This document shows positions 20,996-30,000 of a stretch of DNA of 64,000 bases, in pieces. Numbering within the stretch: position 1 is the first letter of the stretch; the number at the start of each line of letters is the position of its first letter. The notes under the pieces are model-generated. The model was not told the DNA's origin, did not search any database, and worked only from the letters and a program-made list of their open reading frames with translations. Where the stretch lies: NCBI GenBank assembly GCA_038924905.1, contig JBCKUK010000005.1:2266-66265 (forward strand). Direction: 5' to 3'. The translations under genes were made by a program, and so were the position numbers. Source of the stretch: Methylophilaceae bacterium (GTDB taxonomy: Bacteria; Pseudomonadota; Gammaproteobacteria; Burkholderiales; Methylophilaceae).

Positions 20996-21167
20996 AGTTA
21001 TTTAGACCCCCACTAGACCCTAGTTCATGCCAATATTGTGTTAGCCGCGAAGATGAATTCGTTACTCTCGATTTTAGCCAGTGAGCAATGTGCTGGTATT
21101 TATTATAAGGCGGATTCAATATTGAAGTGCAACTTTTGTAAGATTATTTGGAGGCAAGCTGCGGTAG

Positions 21168-21290
21168 TCGGTCGGGCTGGAACGAAAGCATTGGAGTACC
21201 GCCTCGCCTATACGCAAGATTTTTCGCGAAGCGTATGAAGGCGCCGGGCTGCCCTATTTCAACCCGCATAGCTTCAGAGAGAATAAGCGG
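21168..21290 (+). pseudogene. possible tyrosine-recombinase (integrase) C-terminal fragment
   Basis: A frame without a start codon reads ...RKIFREAYEGAGLPYFNPHSFRE..., resembling the H-x-x-R box region of phage-type integrases. It lies in an AT-rich 0.3-kb gap inside the GC-rich operon. Confidence 0.35.
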
Positions 21291-21301
21291 CACAGTCTGG
21301 T

Positions 21302-21973
21302 CTATGTGCCCTCTATCTGGACATGGGAAGCATTGACCAGACCGGCACGCGGAAACAGCGCCTGCACTTCAGGAAATACCTCGCGGGCGGCGCCGGGATA
21401 AGGAAAAACCACCAAACGGTACACCGTCTGTCCGTTAGAGTGTTGCTGCCGTACGCCGATGGTGGGGAACAGCTTGACATAATTATCGAGGACAGATGAG
21501 AAGTAAGCTAGATCGGCGTAACTGTTGCTAACGATCACCATGCGATCTTTGGGTAACTCGCGCAGGCCGTTTTCCCACGAGGTGAACGCTTCCGGCCATT
21601 TTCCTGAATGGGCGGCGCTCCACCCCGCCTCATACCATGAGAATGAGGAAGCCATCTCTTGCTGTTCGGTCTCCACATTCGCTGGTGCTGCCGTTGTAAC
21701 TTGCGCGACTGCGGGAACTGGGTCGGCTACAGGCGGGGGAATTCTGGCCACACTAACTGCCGCAGGCGCGGGTGGATGCGGTACCGGGAGCAGAAAATAA
21801 ATCACCGCACCGGTCACGACAACTACGAGAGCAGGCAGCAAGAGCGGCGCCTGACGTTTGTGCGTACCGGCGACAAAAGCCAAGTCAGTTGCTGTATCCG
21901 CGGAAGATATGCGGGTATGAACGCCTGAACCCTCTTTATCCAAATACTTGATCGTGTCGTTTAGGATGCTCAT
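21302..21973 (-). CDS. GspB/ExeB-like membrane-anchored accessory protein (partner of the ExeA-like MshM)
   Basis: N-terminus MSILNDTIKYLDKE parallels the MshN start MSLINQMLQDLDKR and the GspB MSYILDAL pattern. It has a single TM, a Pro/Ala-rich linker and a globular C-terminal domain. It lies directly downstream of mshM. Confidence 0.5.
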   Translation of the reverse strand: MSILNDTIKYLDKEGSGVHTRISSADTATDLAFVAGTHKRQAPLLLPALVVVVTGAVIYFLLPVPHPPAPAAVSVARIPPPVADPVPAVAQVTTAAPANVETEQQEMASSFSWYEAGWSAAHSGKWPEAFTSWENGLRELPKDRMVIVSNSYADLAYFSSVLDNYVKLFPTIGVRQQHSNGQTVYRLVVFPYPGAAREVFPEVQALFPRAGLVNASHVQIEGT

Positions 21974-22012
21974 CGTTTTTCCAGTTGATTTTCATGGTGA
22001 CGCGCACCATTG

Positions 22013-22855
22013 CTACTCGTTGTCGGCTGTCCCTGTTACTTCGCGCGCCGCACGACGTACCATGGGCGCGGTGACGGCGAAGGTTCTCCCCACGAAAGCG
22101 GCGAGCAGCGCGCGGTCGCAGATCAGGTTGATGCGGCGCGGTACGCCCCGGCTGTAATAATGGATGAGCCACATCGCGCCACGCGTGAACTTCAGGTGCC
22201 CATGGCTGCGCACGCTGTCCAGGCGATGGTTGATGTAGCTTATGGTTTCGGCCAGATGAAACGGGCGCAGCCGGTGCCAGACGCTGATGCGATCACGCAG
22301 GGCACGCATATTGCTGCTCTTCAGTTGCTTGTCAAGTTCGGGTTGGCCAACCAGCAGCAGCGACAGCAATTTCTGCTTCTCTGTTTCCAGATTGGACAGC
22401 AGGCGCAAGCCCTCCAGCACCTCCGGACTCAGCCGGTGCGCCTCGTCCACGAGCACCGCCACGCGTGTGTCGGCGGAGGTGAGTTTGACCAGGATTTCCA
22501 GCATGTACTGCTGTAGTGCCACCTCGCTTTCCTCGTCTGGCACTACTTCACCGAGGTCGTGGATGATGCTGCGCATCAATTCGATGAAGCTGAGTTGCGG
22601 GTTGTACACATAGGCGGTGCGCACGCCTTCCGGCAAGTTGGACAAAAGATAGCGGCAAAGCAGCGTCTTGCCCAGACCCACTTCCGCCGTCAGGACGGTG
22701 AAGCCGCCTGACATCATGCCGAAGCGCAGGTGGCCGAGCGCCGAGAGATACTGGCTGTGTGGAAAAAAGAACTGCGTGTCCGGCGTGATTCGGAACGGCG
22801 GTTCGCTCAGCCCCAGCGCCCGGTAGCAGTCATCAAGATTGGCCAGTGTGCTCAT
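22013..22855 (-). CDS. mshM: MSHA biogenesis ATPase MshM (ExeA-like AAA protein)
   Basis: Walker A TAEVGLGKT, Walker B VLVDEAHRL. Size and sequence are typical of ExeA/GspA N-terminal domains. Confidence 0.8.
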   Translation of the reverse strand: MSTLANLDDCYRALGLSEPPFRITPDTQFFFPHSQYLSALGHLRFGMMSGGFTVLTAEVGLGKTLLCRYLLSNLPEGVRTAYVYNPQLSFIELMRSIIHDLGEVVPDEESEVALQQYMLEILVKLTSADTRVAVLVDEAHRLSPEVLEGLRLLSNLETEKQKLLSLLLVGQPELDKQLKSSNMRALRDRISVWHRLRPFHLAETISYINHRLDSVRSHGHLKFTRGAMWLIHYYSRGVPRRINLICDRALLAAFVGRTFAVTAPMVRRAAREVTGTADNE

Positions 22856-23054
22856 TTTTTCCCGGGTCAGTTTTCATTTAATGTTTTCAAGATAGGTGCT
22901 AGCGTATACTTGGGCTCGTCGATTTTTCAGTTTGCGCTCGAATCTTTTCTCTGGCACGAACAGGTAATCGTTTCACAAGCGTTCAAACAAGGATATTTCA
23001 CGCCGCACTTTTATCAAGAGATCAGTATGAACGTATGCCGCCGAGCGTGATGCG

Positions 23055-24206
23055 CTATTGCTTGACTTGCTTGAGCCGCTGGTCAACGAACTGCGTAAGC
23101 TCTGGCGTCAGCATGCCAGTCTGCTGCGCGCGGGTGTATGCCTTTGTGGCATCTGCCAGTTTACCTGTGGCCTGCAAGGAAATGCCGATACCCACCAGCC
23201 AGTTGGGCATTGCGGGATCGCTCCTTAGCGCTGTCAGGTAATGCCCTATGGCCTCATCATGCCATGCTTCGCGTTGCAGCAAGGTGGCGAGCAACGCATG
23301 ATACTCAGGATCGTTGCCTGCCGTCGGCAACCCGGACTGCAGCGTCGCCAGCCCGGCAGGGTGGTCGCCAGCTTCCACCTGCAGTCGGGCCAGCATAAGC
23401 GCGAACCAGGTCTGCTCCGGAGCGAGCCTCAGACCATCCTGCAGCAAGGCGATCGCCTCGCTTTGATGCGTTTCCTCTATCAGCAGTCCCGCCAGCAGTT
23501 GACGGGCATTGTGGTTAAGCGGGTTATCATGCAGCGCCTGGCGCAGGGATACCTTCGCTTCCGCTCGACCCTGCGGTAGCACCGCGACAGCATGACGATA
23601 GGCGTTGTCGGAGCGCTGCTGCGGACTCACAACCTTGAGCGCGGCAGCCTGACTTTCCCACGATGCGCGGGATACGGGCTTTCCAATAGCTTCGCGCTTT
23701 TGTTCCTCGGCAGCCGTGGTTGGCTTGGCCAATGAGGCCATGGCAGCACTCTTCGCCCCCATCTTCTCCGCGGCCGTGCTGACGGCCCCAGTCACGGCAG
23801 GCAATGGCTTGCCCAGCTCCTTGTCCATTACCAGCTCCTTGTCCATTATGGGCGCAGGCGCCGCTTCCGTGGCGGGAGCTGGCGCTGACGGCTCAGGCGT
23901 TACAGGGGGAGCCGCAGCAACACTTGTAGCTGCTGTAGGCGCTTCGAGCGCAGGTTTGACGGCTGGGGATGTTGCCGCCGCTTGCGGAGCAGGAGCCACC
24001 GGCTTTACGCTAAAACTCTGGTATATCTGCCAAGTCAGCACGCCTGCTCCGATAGCCACTGCCAGCAGTAGTATACGCTGCGGCAGGCGGGAAGTGCTGT
24101 GCGCGGACATCACCACGTCGCGCATCCCTCCGGCAAGCGGTTGCACCCCCCGGGCAGGCGCATTGCGCTTGTCAAGGTCCTGCAGCATTTGATTGATCAG
24201 GCTCAT
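23055..24206 (-). CDS. mshN: MSHA biogenesis TPR protein MshN
   Basis: N-terminus MSLINQMLQDLDKR, one TM, an Ala/Pro-rich linker and C-terminal TPR-like repeats. Confidence 0.65.
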   Translation of the reverse strand: MSLINQMLQDLDKRNAPARGVQPLAGGMRDVVMSAHSTSRLPQRILLLAVAIGAGVLTWQIYQSFSVKPVAPAPQAAATSPAVKPALEAPTAATSVAAAPPVTPEPSAPAPATEAAPAPIMDKELVMDKELGKPLPAVTGAVSTAAEKMGAKSAAMASLAKPTTAAEEQKREAIGKPVSRASWESQAAALKVVSPQQRSDNAYRHAVAVLPQGRAEAKVSLRQALHDNPLNHNARQLLAGLLIEETHQSEAIALLQDGLRLAPEQTWFALMLARLQVEAGDHPAGLATLQSGLPTAGNDPEYHALLATLLQREAWHDEAIGHYLTALRSDPAMPNWLVGIGISLQATGKLADATKAYTRAQQTGMLTPELTQFVDQRLKQVKQ

Positions 24207-24313
24207 CAGCGTATCAGGGCTTCCTGATAGCCAATGGGAAAAAAGAAATAGCGAGTGTCAGGTATAATGCCGCACGGAAGTTGCCGGATGCCAAAATGCT
24301 CGGGATACATTGT

Positions 24314-26248
24314 CTACTGATTCCCCGGCGTCACCTGCGGCTGGATGCTCATATTTTCAATGCGGCGCTGCGCTGCGGCAATGTCATCCGACCAGACCGC
24401 ATCATCGCTGCGCACAATCGTGGGTTTCAGTAGAATAACCAGTTCGCGCTTGACCATCCTCTGCCCGCCCTTGCGGAACAGCGCGCCCAATACATCACCC
24501 AGCCCCGGCACCGTGGCAATGCGTCTATCCTCGGCTCTCTCCGTCATCAGGCCGCCGATCACCACTACCTGGCCGTCCTTCGTCTTGACCACGCTATCCG
24601 CCTCACTGATGGTATTGACAGCGAAAGGAACACTGAGGGCGCCCGCCACGGGCAGCGAAATCTTCCCTTTTTCAATGATGCTGTTCACCATGGTGTGCAC
24701 ATGCAGCGTAATGTTGCCGGCATCGTCTATCTGCGGCGTCACGTCCAGCGAAATTCCAGAAAAGAAAGGCTGGTATTGCAGCGTCGGAGGGGTTATGACA
24801 GTTATACTGTTGCCAGTTCCCGGTGTCGTACTTCCGCCAGTGATATTGGTGACAAACGGTTCTTCGCTTCCCACCTTCAGCACCGCCTTCTGATTGTTCA
24901 ATGTGGAAATGCGCGGACTGGACAGCACATGCACCTCGCCCTGCGTCTGCAGGAAATTAATCAACGCGGAAAAATTACGCAACTGCAGCGCCATGCCCAG
25001 GCCCGCCGCAAATGGAGCACCGGCAGCCCCGACCAGGCCGGTGCCCAGCAGATCGCCCAGGGTAGTGCCCGCGGTCACGGCACCGCTAGGGGTGATGATA
25101 TTCGTGGTGTTGGCGCCCACCGAGAAGCGATGCAGGTTGTTGCTGAAACCCGCCCAGTTGATGCCCTGCTGCGATTCGGAATTCAGCTCGACATCAATGA
25201 TCTTGGCTTCGATGATAACCTGGCGTTCGATGTTGAGCTGCATCGTACGCAGTATGCTTTCTATCACGCGCAGCTCACTCGGCATGCCGCGTATCAGGAT
25301 AGTCCCGCTCATCTGGTTAATGTTCATCGCGCGGCCGTCGGTGCAGCCGTCTACCCCGCGTACACGCTCACTCGCCTGTGTATCGCCGGGGAACGTTACA
25401 TCCGCCCGGCTGGCTATGCCGGAACTGCTGCCGGAACTGCTGCCGGAACTGCTGCCGGAACTGCTGCCGGAACCACCGGTTTTCGGTATCTGGCAGCCCA
25501 GCACAGTGCGCAGCGTATCCTCGACTTCGCCCCAGACATCGGCCTTGGTAGAGGTGGTCAGCGCGCTGGCTTGGATGGAGGAATATGAAGCGCCGCCTTG
25601 CTGGCCGCCGCCTTGCTGGCCGACGCCTTGCTGGCCGCCGCCTTGGCTGGAACCTACCGATGCGCCGCCAATCACCTGCAGATCGCTCACGCCACGGCGC
25701 ACACCGGGAATATAATTTATCTGGAACACCTTGATCTGCAAGCCCGGCGGCTGCACGTAAATGCGCGTGCCATCCACTTTGTATTCATAGCCATAGATCT
25801 CGCGGATGGCGTCCAGTGCTTCGAATATCGTCACATTCTTGAGGCTGACCGAAATTTTATCCGTAAGCTCAGGCACGGCCGGTGTTGCTGGAGTTCCGGC
25901 TGATGCCGCCTGCGGGCTGGCAAATGCAATCTTCGGCTGCATCAGCATGCTGTAGGGCGTGCCGGACACGATGCTCAGCAGCACCTGATTGATCGGCGCT
26001 TCATTGACCACCAGGTCGAAGCGCTGTTCCAGTTGCGTGGCTGTGGCCTTGGGCAGCGCCATCCTGAGCGGCGGCAGCAGCGAGCGGCTGACCGATTCCG
26101 GCAGCGGGGCCGCTGCTTTCTGCTTCGGCTCTGTCGCCTGCTTCAATTCATCGCTGATTTTATTCTGGGTGGAAGTGTCATGCGGCGGGTATATCGTGCT
26201 GCATGCCGAAAGGGCCACAACCATACATGGAACCAAGTATCGCTTCAT
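24314..26248 (-). CDS. mshL: MSHA pilus secretin lipoprotein MshL
   Basis: Lipobox VVALSAC. C-terminal secretin domain (VLSSPRISTLNNQKAVLKVG, VPGLGDVLGALFR). Two low-complexity inserts (GQQG and GSSS repeats). Confidence 0.88.
   Translation of the reverse strand: MKRYLVPCMVVALSACSTIYPPHDTSTQNKISDELKQATEPKQKAAAPLPESVSRSLLPPLRMALPKATATQLEQRFDLVVNEAPINQVLLSIVSGTPYSMLMQPKIAFASPQAASAGTPATPAVPELTDKISVSLKNVTIFEALDAIREIYGYEYKVDGTRIYVQPPGLQIKVFQINYIPGVRRGVSDLQVIGGASVGSSQGGGQQGVGQQGGGQQGGASYSSIQASALTTSTKADVWGEVEDTLRTVLGCQIPKTGGSGSSSGSSSGSSSGSSSGIASRADVTFPGDTQASERVRGVDGCTDGRAMNINQMSGTILIRGMPSELRVIESILRTMQLNIERQVIIEAKIIDVELNSESQQGINWAGFSNNLHRFSVGANTTNIITPSGAVTAGTTLGDLLGTGLVGAAGAPFAAGLGMALQLRNFSALINFLQTQGEVHVLSSPRISTLNNQKAVLKVGSEEPFVTNITGGSTTPGTGNSITVITPPTLQYQPFFSGISLDVTPQIDDAGNITLHVHTMVNSIIEKGKISLPVAGALSVPFAVNTISEADSVVKTKDGQVVVIGGLMTERAEDRRIATVPGLGDVLGALFRKGGQRMVKRELVILLKPTIVRSDDAVWSDDIAAAQRRIENMSIQPQVTPGNQ
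25419..25474 (-). repeat. 12-bp tandem repeat (~4.7 copies) inside mshL, encoding (GSSS)n
   Basis: ccggaactgctg is repeated head to tail and in frame (12 bp). Confidence 0.9.
25591..25650 (-). repeat. 15-bp tandem repeat (4 imperfect copies) inside mshL, encoding GGGQQ-type units
   Basis: cgccgccttgctggc x2, cgacgccttgctggc and cgccgccttggctgg, in frame. Confidence 0.85.
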
Positions 26249-26260
26249 TTGTTTTCCCCT

Positions 26261-26704
26261 TTAACCACTATTTCCCTTGGATACCGACCTGCCTGTTTTC
26301 ACGGAGGTTGGCGTAATCACCGTCTTTTTGATGTTAGGATGCATTTTCGGCTCGATGTTGGGATACATTTTCAGCGTCTGCAAGGTGTCATTGTTTTGCA
26401 GCACCACCGCATCAGGCTTGATTGCAACCAGTGTGGAGCCATGGTAGGTATCGCCGGGCTGAACTATCTGCCCGTCTATTATAGTATATTTTCTCGATTG
26501 CCCCAGCAGCAGCAGTTGCAACGTCGGCGCTGCCTTCTGCTCCACCGCGAGAGCACCCGGCACTTGCGGCTGCGCGGCCAGCCATGCGGGCGCCGGCCGC
26601 GTCGGGTCCATTATCGCCTGGCTCCATGCCAGGCCGCACCAGCTCAGCGCCAGCAGGGCGAAGCCCCACTGGCAAACTGTCAACAATCGCGCGTACTCTC
26701 TCAT
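26261..26704 (-). CDS. mshK: MSHA biogenesis protein MshK-like
   Basis: 147 aa with a signal/anchor followed by a DPTRP motif. Position between mshJ and mshL. Confidence 0.6.
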   Translation of the reverse strand: MREYARLLTVCQWGFALLALSWCGLAWSQAIMDPTRPAPAWLAAQPQVPGALAVEQKAAPTLQLLLLGQSRKYTIIDGQIVQPGDTYHGSTLVAIKPDAVVLQNNDTLQTLKMYPNIEPKMHPNIKKTVITPTSVKTGRSVSKGNSG

Positions 26705-26708
26705 GGCA

Positions 26709-27398
26709 TTATCCCAAAGGCGAGCTTGACTGCTCGCTCAGCGTATAGATGGTCATCGTGAGGATGGCTGCCGGATAGGCTGCAACGTCCAGTTTTGCGT
26801 CGTACCAGAACAGGCGTTTGGGGTATTTCTGCAAATTCTCCAGGTAGGGCAGCAGGGCGAGGTAGTTGCCCTTGATGCTGATCTCAACGCCGTGCCTGTA
26901 TATGGGAAGCGATGGACTGGGCGCGCGCGCCTGGGCATCGGGCACCGGGCCGGCCGGCGCAGCGGGCGCCGCATTCGCCACGAAAAATGTTGTCACCGGC
27001 AACGTCTTGAGCGACACCAGCGTCAGGCCGGGATTGGTCTCCAGCGTGGCTTTAAGCAGCGCGCCCACCTGCGGCGAGGTGGCGTCGGTCTGCCCCAACA
27101 GCGCATCCGCTTCGTTAATGGTCTTTTCGAGGCTGTCGCGCGTGGCCTGCTCCTGCGCAAGCGGGCTCTGCAGCACCTGGCCGGACATCTGGCTCATTGC
27201 CGCATTGGTTGCCGCAAGCTCCATTTGCTGCGCCGTGATCTGCTGCTGCAAGGCCTTCTGTTTTTTCTGTTCCGGCGCCAGCAGAAGAACATTCACTAAA
27301 AAATAAACCAAGACCACAGCCGCCAGCAGCAGCAGTATCCGCTCGCGCTGCTGCAGCGCATCAAACCTGGTTTTCGACTGTTGCAGGTAGTTCATCAT
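26709..27398 (-). CDS. mshJ: MSHA biogenesis protein MshJ (PilO-like)
   Basis: 229 aa with an N-terminal TM plus coiled coil (PilO architecture) at the syntenic position. Confidence 0.65.
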   Translation of the reverse strand: MMNYLQQSKTRFDALQQRERILLLLAAVVLVYFLVNVLLLAPEQKKQKALQQQITAQQMELAATNAAMSQMSGQVLQSPLAQEQATRDSLEKTINEADALLGQTDATSPQVGALLKATLETNPGLTLVSLKTLPVTTFFVANAAPAAPAGPVPDAQARAPSPSLPIYRHGVEISIKGNYLALLPYLENLQKYPKRLFWYDAKLDVAAYPAAILTMTIYTLSEQSSSPLG

Positions 27399-27422
27399 GT
27401 CAAATGTCGCCCGTCTGATTCA

Positions 27423-28010
27423 TCAGAACAACTTAAACGCGACCGTGGAAAGGGTCGGCGTGGTGGTGCCTTCCTGGCCGAAAACCTCCGGCGTCATCTC
27501 CACCGAGGTAAACTGCACTCCATACACCGAAAACTGCTCGTTCAGCGCCCGGGCATACCGTAGTATCGCCTCGTTGTTCAGGGCGCGTCCGGCGATATTG
27601 ACGTTTTTGCCGGCATTGCTGATGGTCACGCTGGTCAGCCACCGGCTGTTATCGGAAATTTGTGCCAGCGCGGTCAGGTATCCGGAATATCCTTCCGGGC
27701 TGCCCAGTTCGCCTTTTTGCACCCTGGTCAGGACTTCCTGGATCGCCTCCGACCGCAGCTTGAGCGCTGTAATATCCACGGCTTTCTGGCGCGAAGCCAG
27801 CTTTTGCTGCATGGCCTGCAAGTCGGCTTTCGCCGCGAGCAAGCGCTGCTCGCCCTGAGTCGCGGCATTTTGTATTTTTACGGTCTTGAAGCGATCAAAC
27901 CCCCAGTAACCAAGCAGTACAACAAGCACCACGCCCAGTCCGATTAGTGCGGGCAGCGCGGTGCTCGTCTGTTCGCGGTACTGAACGAGCAGGTTGATCT
28001 GTTGGCTCAT
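27423..28010 (-). CDS. PilN-like fimbrial assembly protein (MshI C-terminal-half equivalent)
   Basis: N-terminus MSQQINLL, one TM and a coiled coil. 4-nt overlap with the upstream PilM-like gene. Confidence 0.65.
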   Translation of the reverse strand: MSQQINLLVQYREQTSTALPALIGLGVVLVVLLGYWGFDRFKTVKIQNAATQGEQRLLAAKADLQAMQQKLASRQKAVDITALKLRSEAIQEVLTRVQKGELGSPEGYSGYLTALAQISDNSRWLTSVTISNAGKNVNIAGRALNNEAILRYARALNEQFSVYGVQFTSVEMTPEVFGQEGTTTPTLSTVAFKLF

Positions 28011-28957
28011 GATGCTTTCCCCATTCCGCGCAATGCGGCTCCCAGCGCGCTAAAGTAGTGCGCCTGGTTTTTCTCCGCCAGCAGTTCCGGTGTCAACGAC
28101 AGATCGAACAGGGTGCCGAGATCCAGCATCTCCACCGGCTCGGCGATGTTCCGAGCAAGATGATCGCGCAACGCAAGCGGGGATGGCAACGGCGCCAACA
28201 CGATGCGGCCGATGGTCATGAAGGGCAGGGTGCGGTTGATAAAAGCAATAGAGCGCTTCAATTGCAGGGTAATGCGGTCGAAAATCTTTTCCCTGCCTTC
28301 GTCATCGCTGGCAAGGATTGCAGCCAGTGGCTCTTCGATAAAGCGGTCGAGAAACAGTTCCCCCTCGAAGGTGAAGGTGATTGCCACGCCCTGGCTGCCC
28401 AGGACGACCAGCCCAAGTCCTTCGCCCGGCTTTTCCAGCAGCGCAGCGATATTGCGCTGCGCGGTTTCGCGCACATCCAGCGCCTGCAAGGGCAACTTGG
28501 CCCGGCGGAACGGCGCGGCACGGTGCAGGACGGTTTCGCTCTTGGCTGCGATGACATAGATATGCGACGGCCGGTTTGGCAGATGCTCCCTGGTCGGGAT
28601 GGACATCCAGGCGATGTGCGCCTCTTCGGCCGGGTATTCGATCATGGTGCCCAGCGTCCAGCGCACGCTCTGCTCCATCTCGAACGGCAGCACGGACGGC
28701 TCCGGAATCAGCATGATGCTGTAGTCGCTGCGGTTGAGCGGCAGCGTCCACGGGAGCCCCGCCACTGATAGCTTGCGGGAGAGCCGCGACAGAACGTTGG
28801 GGCTGGGCTCGGTTTCCGGCATCGAGCCGCATTTGACGACCTGGGGTTTGCCGCCGGACGTGGCGGGTGGCCGCACGCTCACCCCGAAGATGCCATCGGG
28901 GCCGGAATCAACACCCGTCCAGCCGTACGCCCTGTCTCTCTTTCCCCACAGTTTCAT
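28007..28957 (-). CDS. mshI: PilM-like (actin-fold) MSHA biogenesis protein MshI
   Basis: 316 aa, first gene of the biogenesis operon. Assigned by position and size; motif support is weak. Confidence 0.6.
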   Translation of the reverse strand: MKLWGKRDRAYGWTGVDSGPDGIFGVSVRPPATSGGKPQVVKCGSMPETEPSPNVLSRLSRKLSVAGLPWTLPLNRSDYSIMLIPEPSVLPFEMEQSVRWTLGTMIEYPAEEAHIAWMSIPTREHLPNRPSHIYVIAAKSETVLHRAAPFRRAKLPLQALDVRETAQRNIAALLEKPGEGLGLVVLGSQGVAITFTFEGELFLDRFIEEPLAAILASDDEGREKIFDRITLQLKRSIAFINRTLPFMTIGRIVLAPLPSPLALRDHLARNIAEPVEMLDLGTLFDLSLTPELLAEKNQAHYFSALGAALRGMGKAS

Positions 28958-29208
28958 CGTTCTGGCAAGTCCAGTTAGAGAATCGCAGCCATTATATACT
29001 GGTAACCTCTAAAAATGCGCTTTAACCTTGTACTATTTTAACGCTTCACAAATTTTCAGTATTCCAGGCGATTTGAGAGCGAAGTCGAGCATTATTTGTT
29101 CTTTCTCACTGTCTATCCTTTGAAGTTTGAGCAAGCCGACAACCGCAGACAGATGTAATTTAGCACACAGTGAAGTTCGTTTGCCTATTTTTAAGTATTT
29201 CTAGGGTG

Positions 29209-29236
29209 TTGACTATAGTCAAATCTGGTGTATGTA
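29209..29236 (+). promoter_or_regulatory. candidate sigma70 promoter with a palindrome over the -35
   Basis: TTGACTATAGTCAA is a perfect 14-bp palindrome. TTGACT, 16 nt, then TATGTA, pointing toward the 29358 ORF. Confidence 0.3.
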
Positions 29237-29300
29237 GCTGTAGCCTCGAAATGACCGCATTGGAAGTGGCCAAACAACCACAAACACCACAAACCCATTG

Positions 29301-29340
29301 CGTTATTAGTAACGATAATGTATAACGTTATTATGTAACG
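29301..29340 (+). promoter_or_regulatory. two operator-like inverted repeats upstream of the 29358 ORF
   Basis: CGTTATTAGTAACG and CGTTATTATGTAACG lie 25 bp apart, and the second contains the palindrome ATAACGTTAT. Confidence 0.4.
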
Positions 29341-29357
29341 GTGCGCTAGGGGCAAAT

Positions 29358-29672
29358 ATGGACAGTACTCTCGTCGAAAGGCAGCAGCGCTTCCGCGACA
29401 AGCGAAAATCCGAAGGCATATGTCAACGAGTCTTTTTTTTGTCAGACGCCGCGATGGTGCAACTCAAAAAACATAAGGAAGCTACAAAAAGCCCGAGCAT
29501 GAACCACACGCTCGAAATCTTGCTCAAAGACGCGCCGAAGGTCTTCGCCCAGCTGCAGCGGTTCGCCGCGCAGCACGAGCTCGTGACCGCGCAAGGCAAT
29601 CCGAGTGTTGAGGAGGAGCTGCAACGCTCGGTCGAGCTGGGGCGGCTGATAAATATGGCGAGAACACTATGA
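29358..29672 (+). CDS. small basic protein, possibly DNA-binding (RHH/antitoxin-like N-terminus); phage or plasmid remnant
   Basis: AGGGG lies 5 nt upstream of the ATG. N-terminus ERQQRFRDKRKSEGICQRVFFLSD resembles short RHH-type regulators. Operator-like repeats lie upstream. Confidence 0.4.
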   Translation: MDSTLVERQQRFRDKRKSEGICQRVFFLSDAAMVQLKKHKEATKSPSMNHTLEILLKDAPKVFAQLQRFAAQHELVTAQGNPSVEEELQRSVELGRLINMARTL

Positions 29673-29863
29673 GCGATACGCACCATCTCAGCCCACAGCA
29701 CGCCGGACATCGTGCTGGACACACAGCACTCCGCACCGAGAGCTATGCCCGTAGCACTGGGCACTATGCACCAGGTGCTCCGTGCCAAGAACGGTACGCT
29801 AAGACTTCAGGAAGGCCCTTGCAGCCACGTATTAGGCACGGTGAAGGGGTAGCCCAGCCATGA
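29669..29863 (+). CDS. hypothetical His/Arg-rich small ORF
   Basis: Its only support is the ATGA overlaps with both neighbours. Composition is odd. Confidence 0.2.
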   Translation: MSDTHHLSPQHAGHRAGHTALRTESYARSTGHYAPGAPCQERYAKTSGRPLQPRIRHGEGVAQP

Positions 29864-30000
29864 TGAAGTTAACGCCCAAGCAAAAAGCATTTGTTGATCA
29901 ATACCTGACCTGCCGTTGCGGAGCCGAGGCTGCCAGGAGAGCTGGATACAGCAAAAAAACGGCTCATCAGCCTGAGAAACTGGAAAGATTTGGACGCTGA
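29860..30000 (+). pseudogene. phage terminase small-subunit N-terminal fragment
   Basis: MMKLTPKQKAFVDQYLTCRCGAEAARRAGYSKKTAHQPEKL matches the LTPKQxxFxxEY...AAxxAGYS HTH of Terminase_2-type small subunits. It stops after 46 aa inside a 24-bp tandem duplication. Confidence 0.6.

Noticed and set aside
25419-25650. Short tandem repeats that could be mistaken for a CRISPR-like array.
   Set aside because: The units are 12 and 15 bp, contiguous without spacers, and lie in frame inside the secretin gene.
24345-28832. Many plus-strand or out-of-frame ORFs of 100-300 aa across the mshL to mshI region (for example 24695..25588, 24894..25715, 26033..26761, 28058..28768, 28302..28832).
   Set aside because: Same shadow-ORF effect. 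The minus-strand genes have recognisable secretin, PilO, PilN and PilM features and tight operon spacing.
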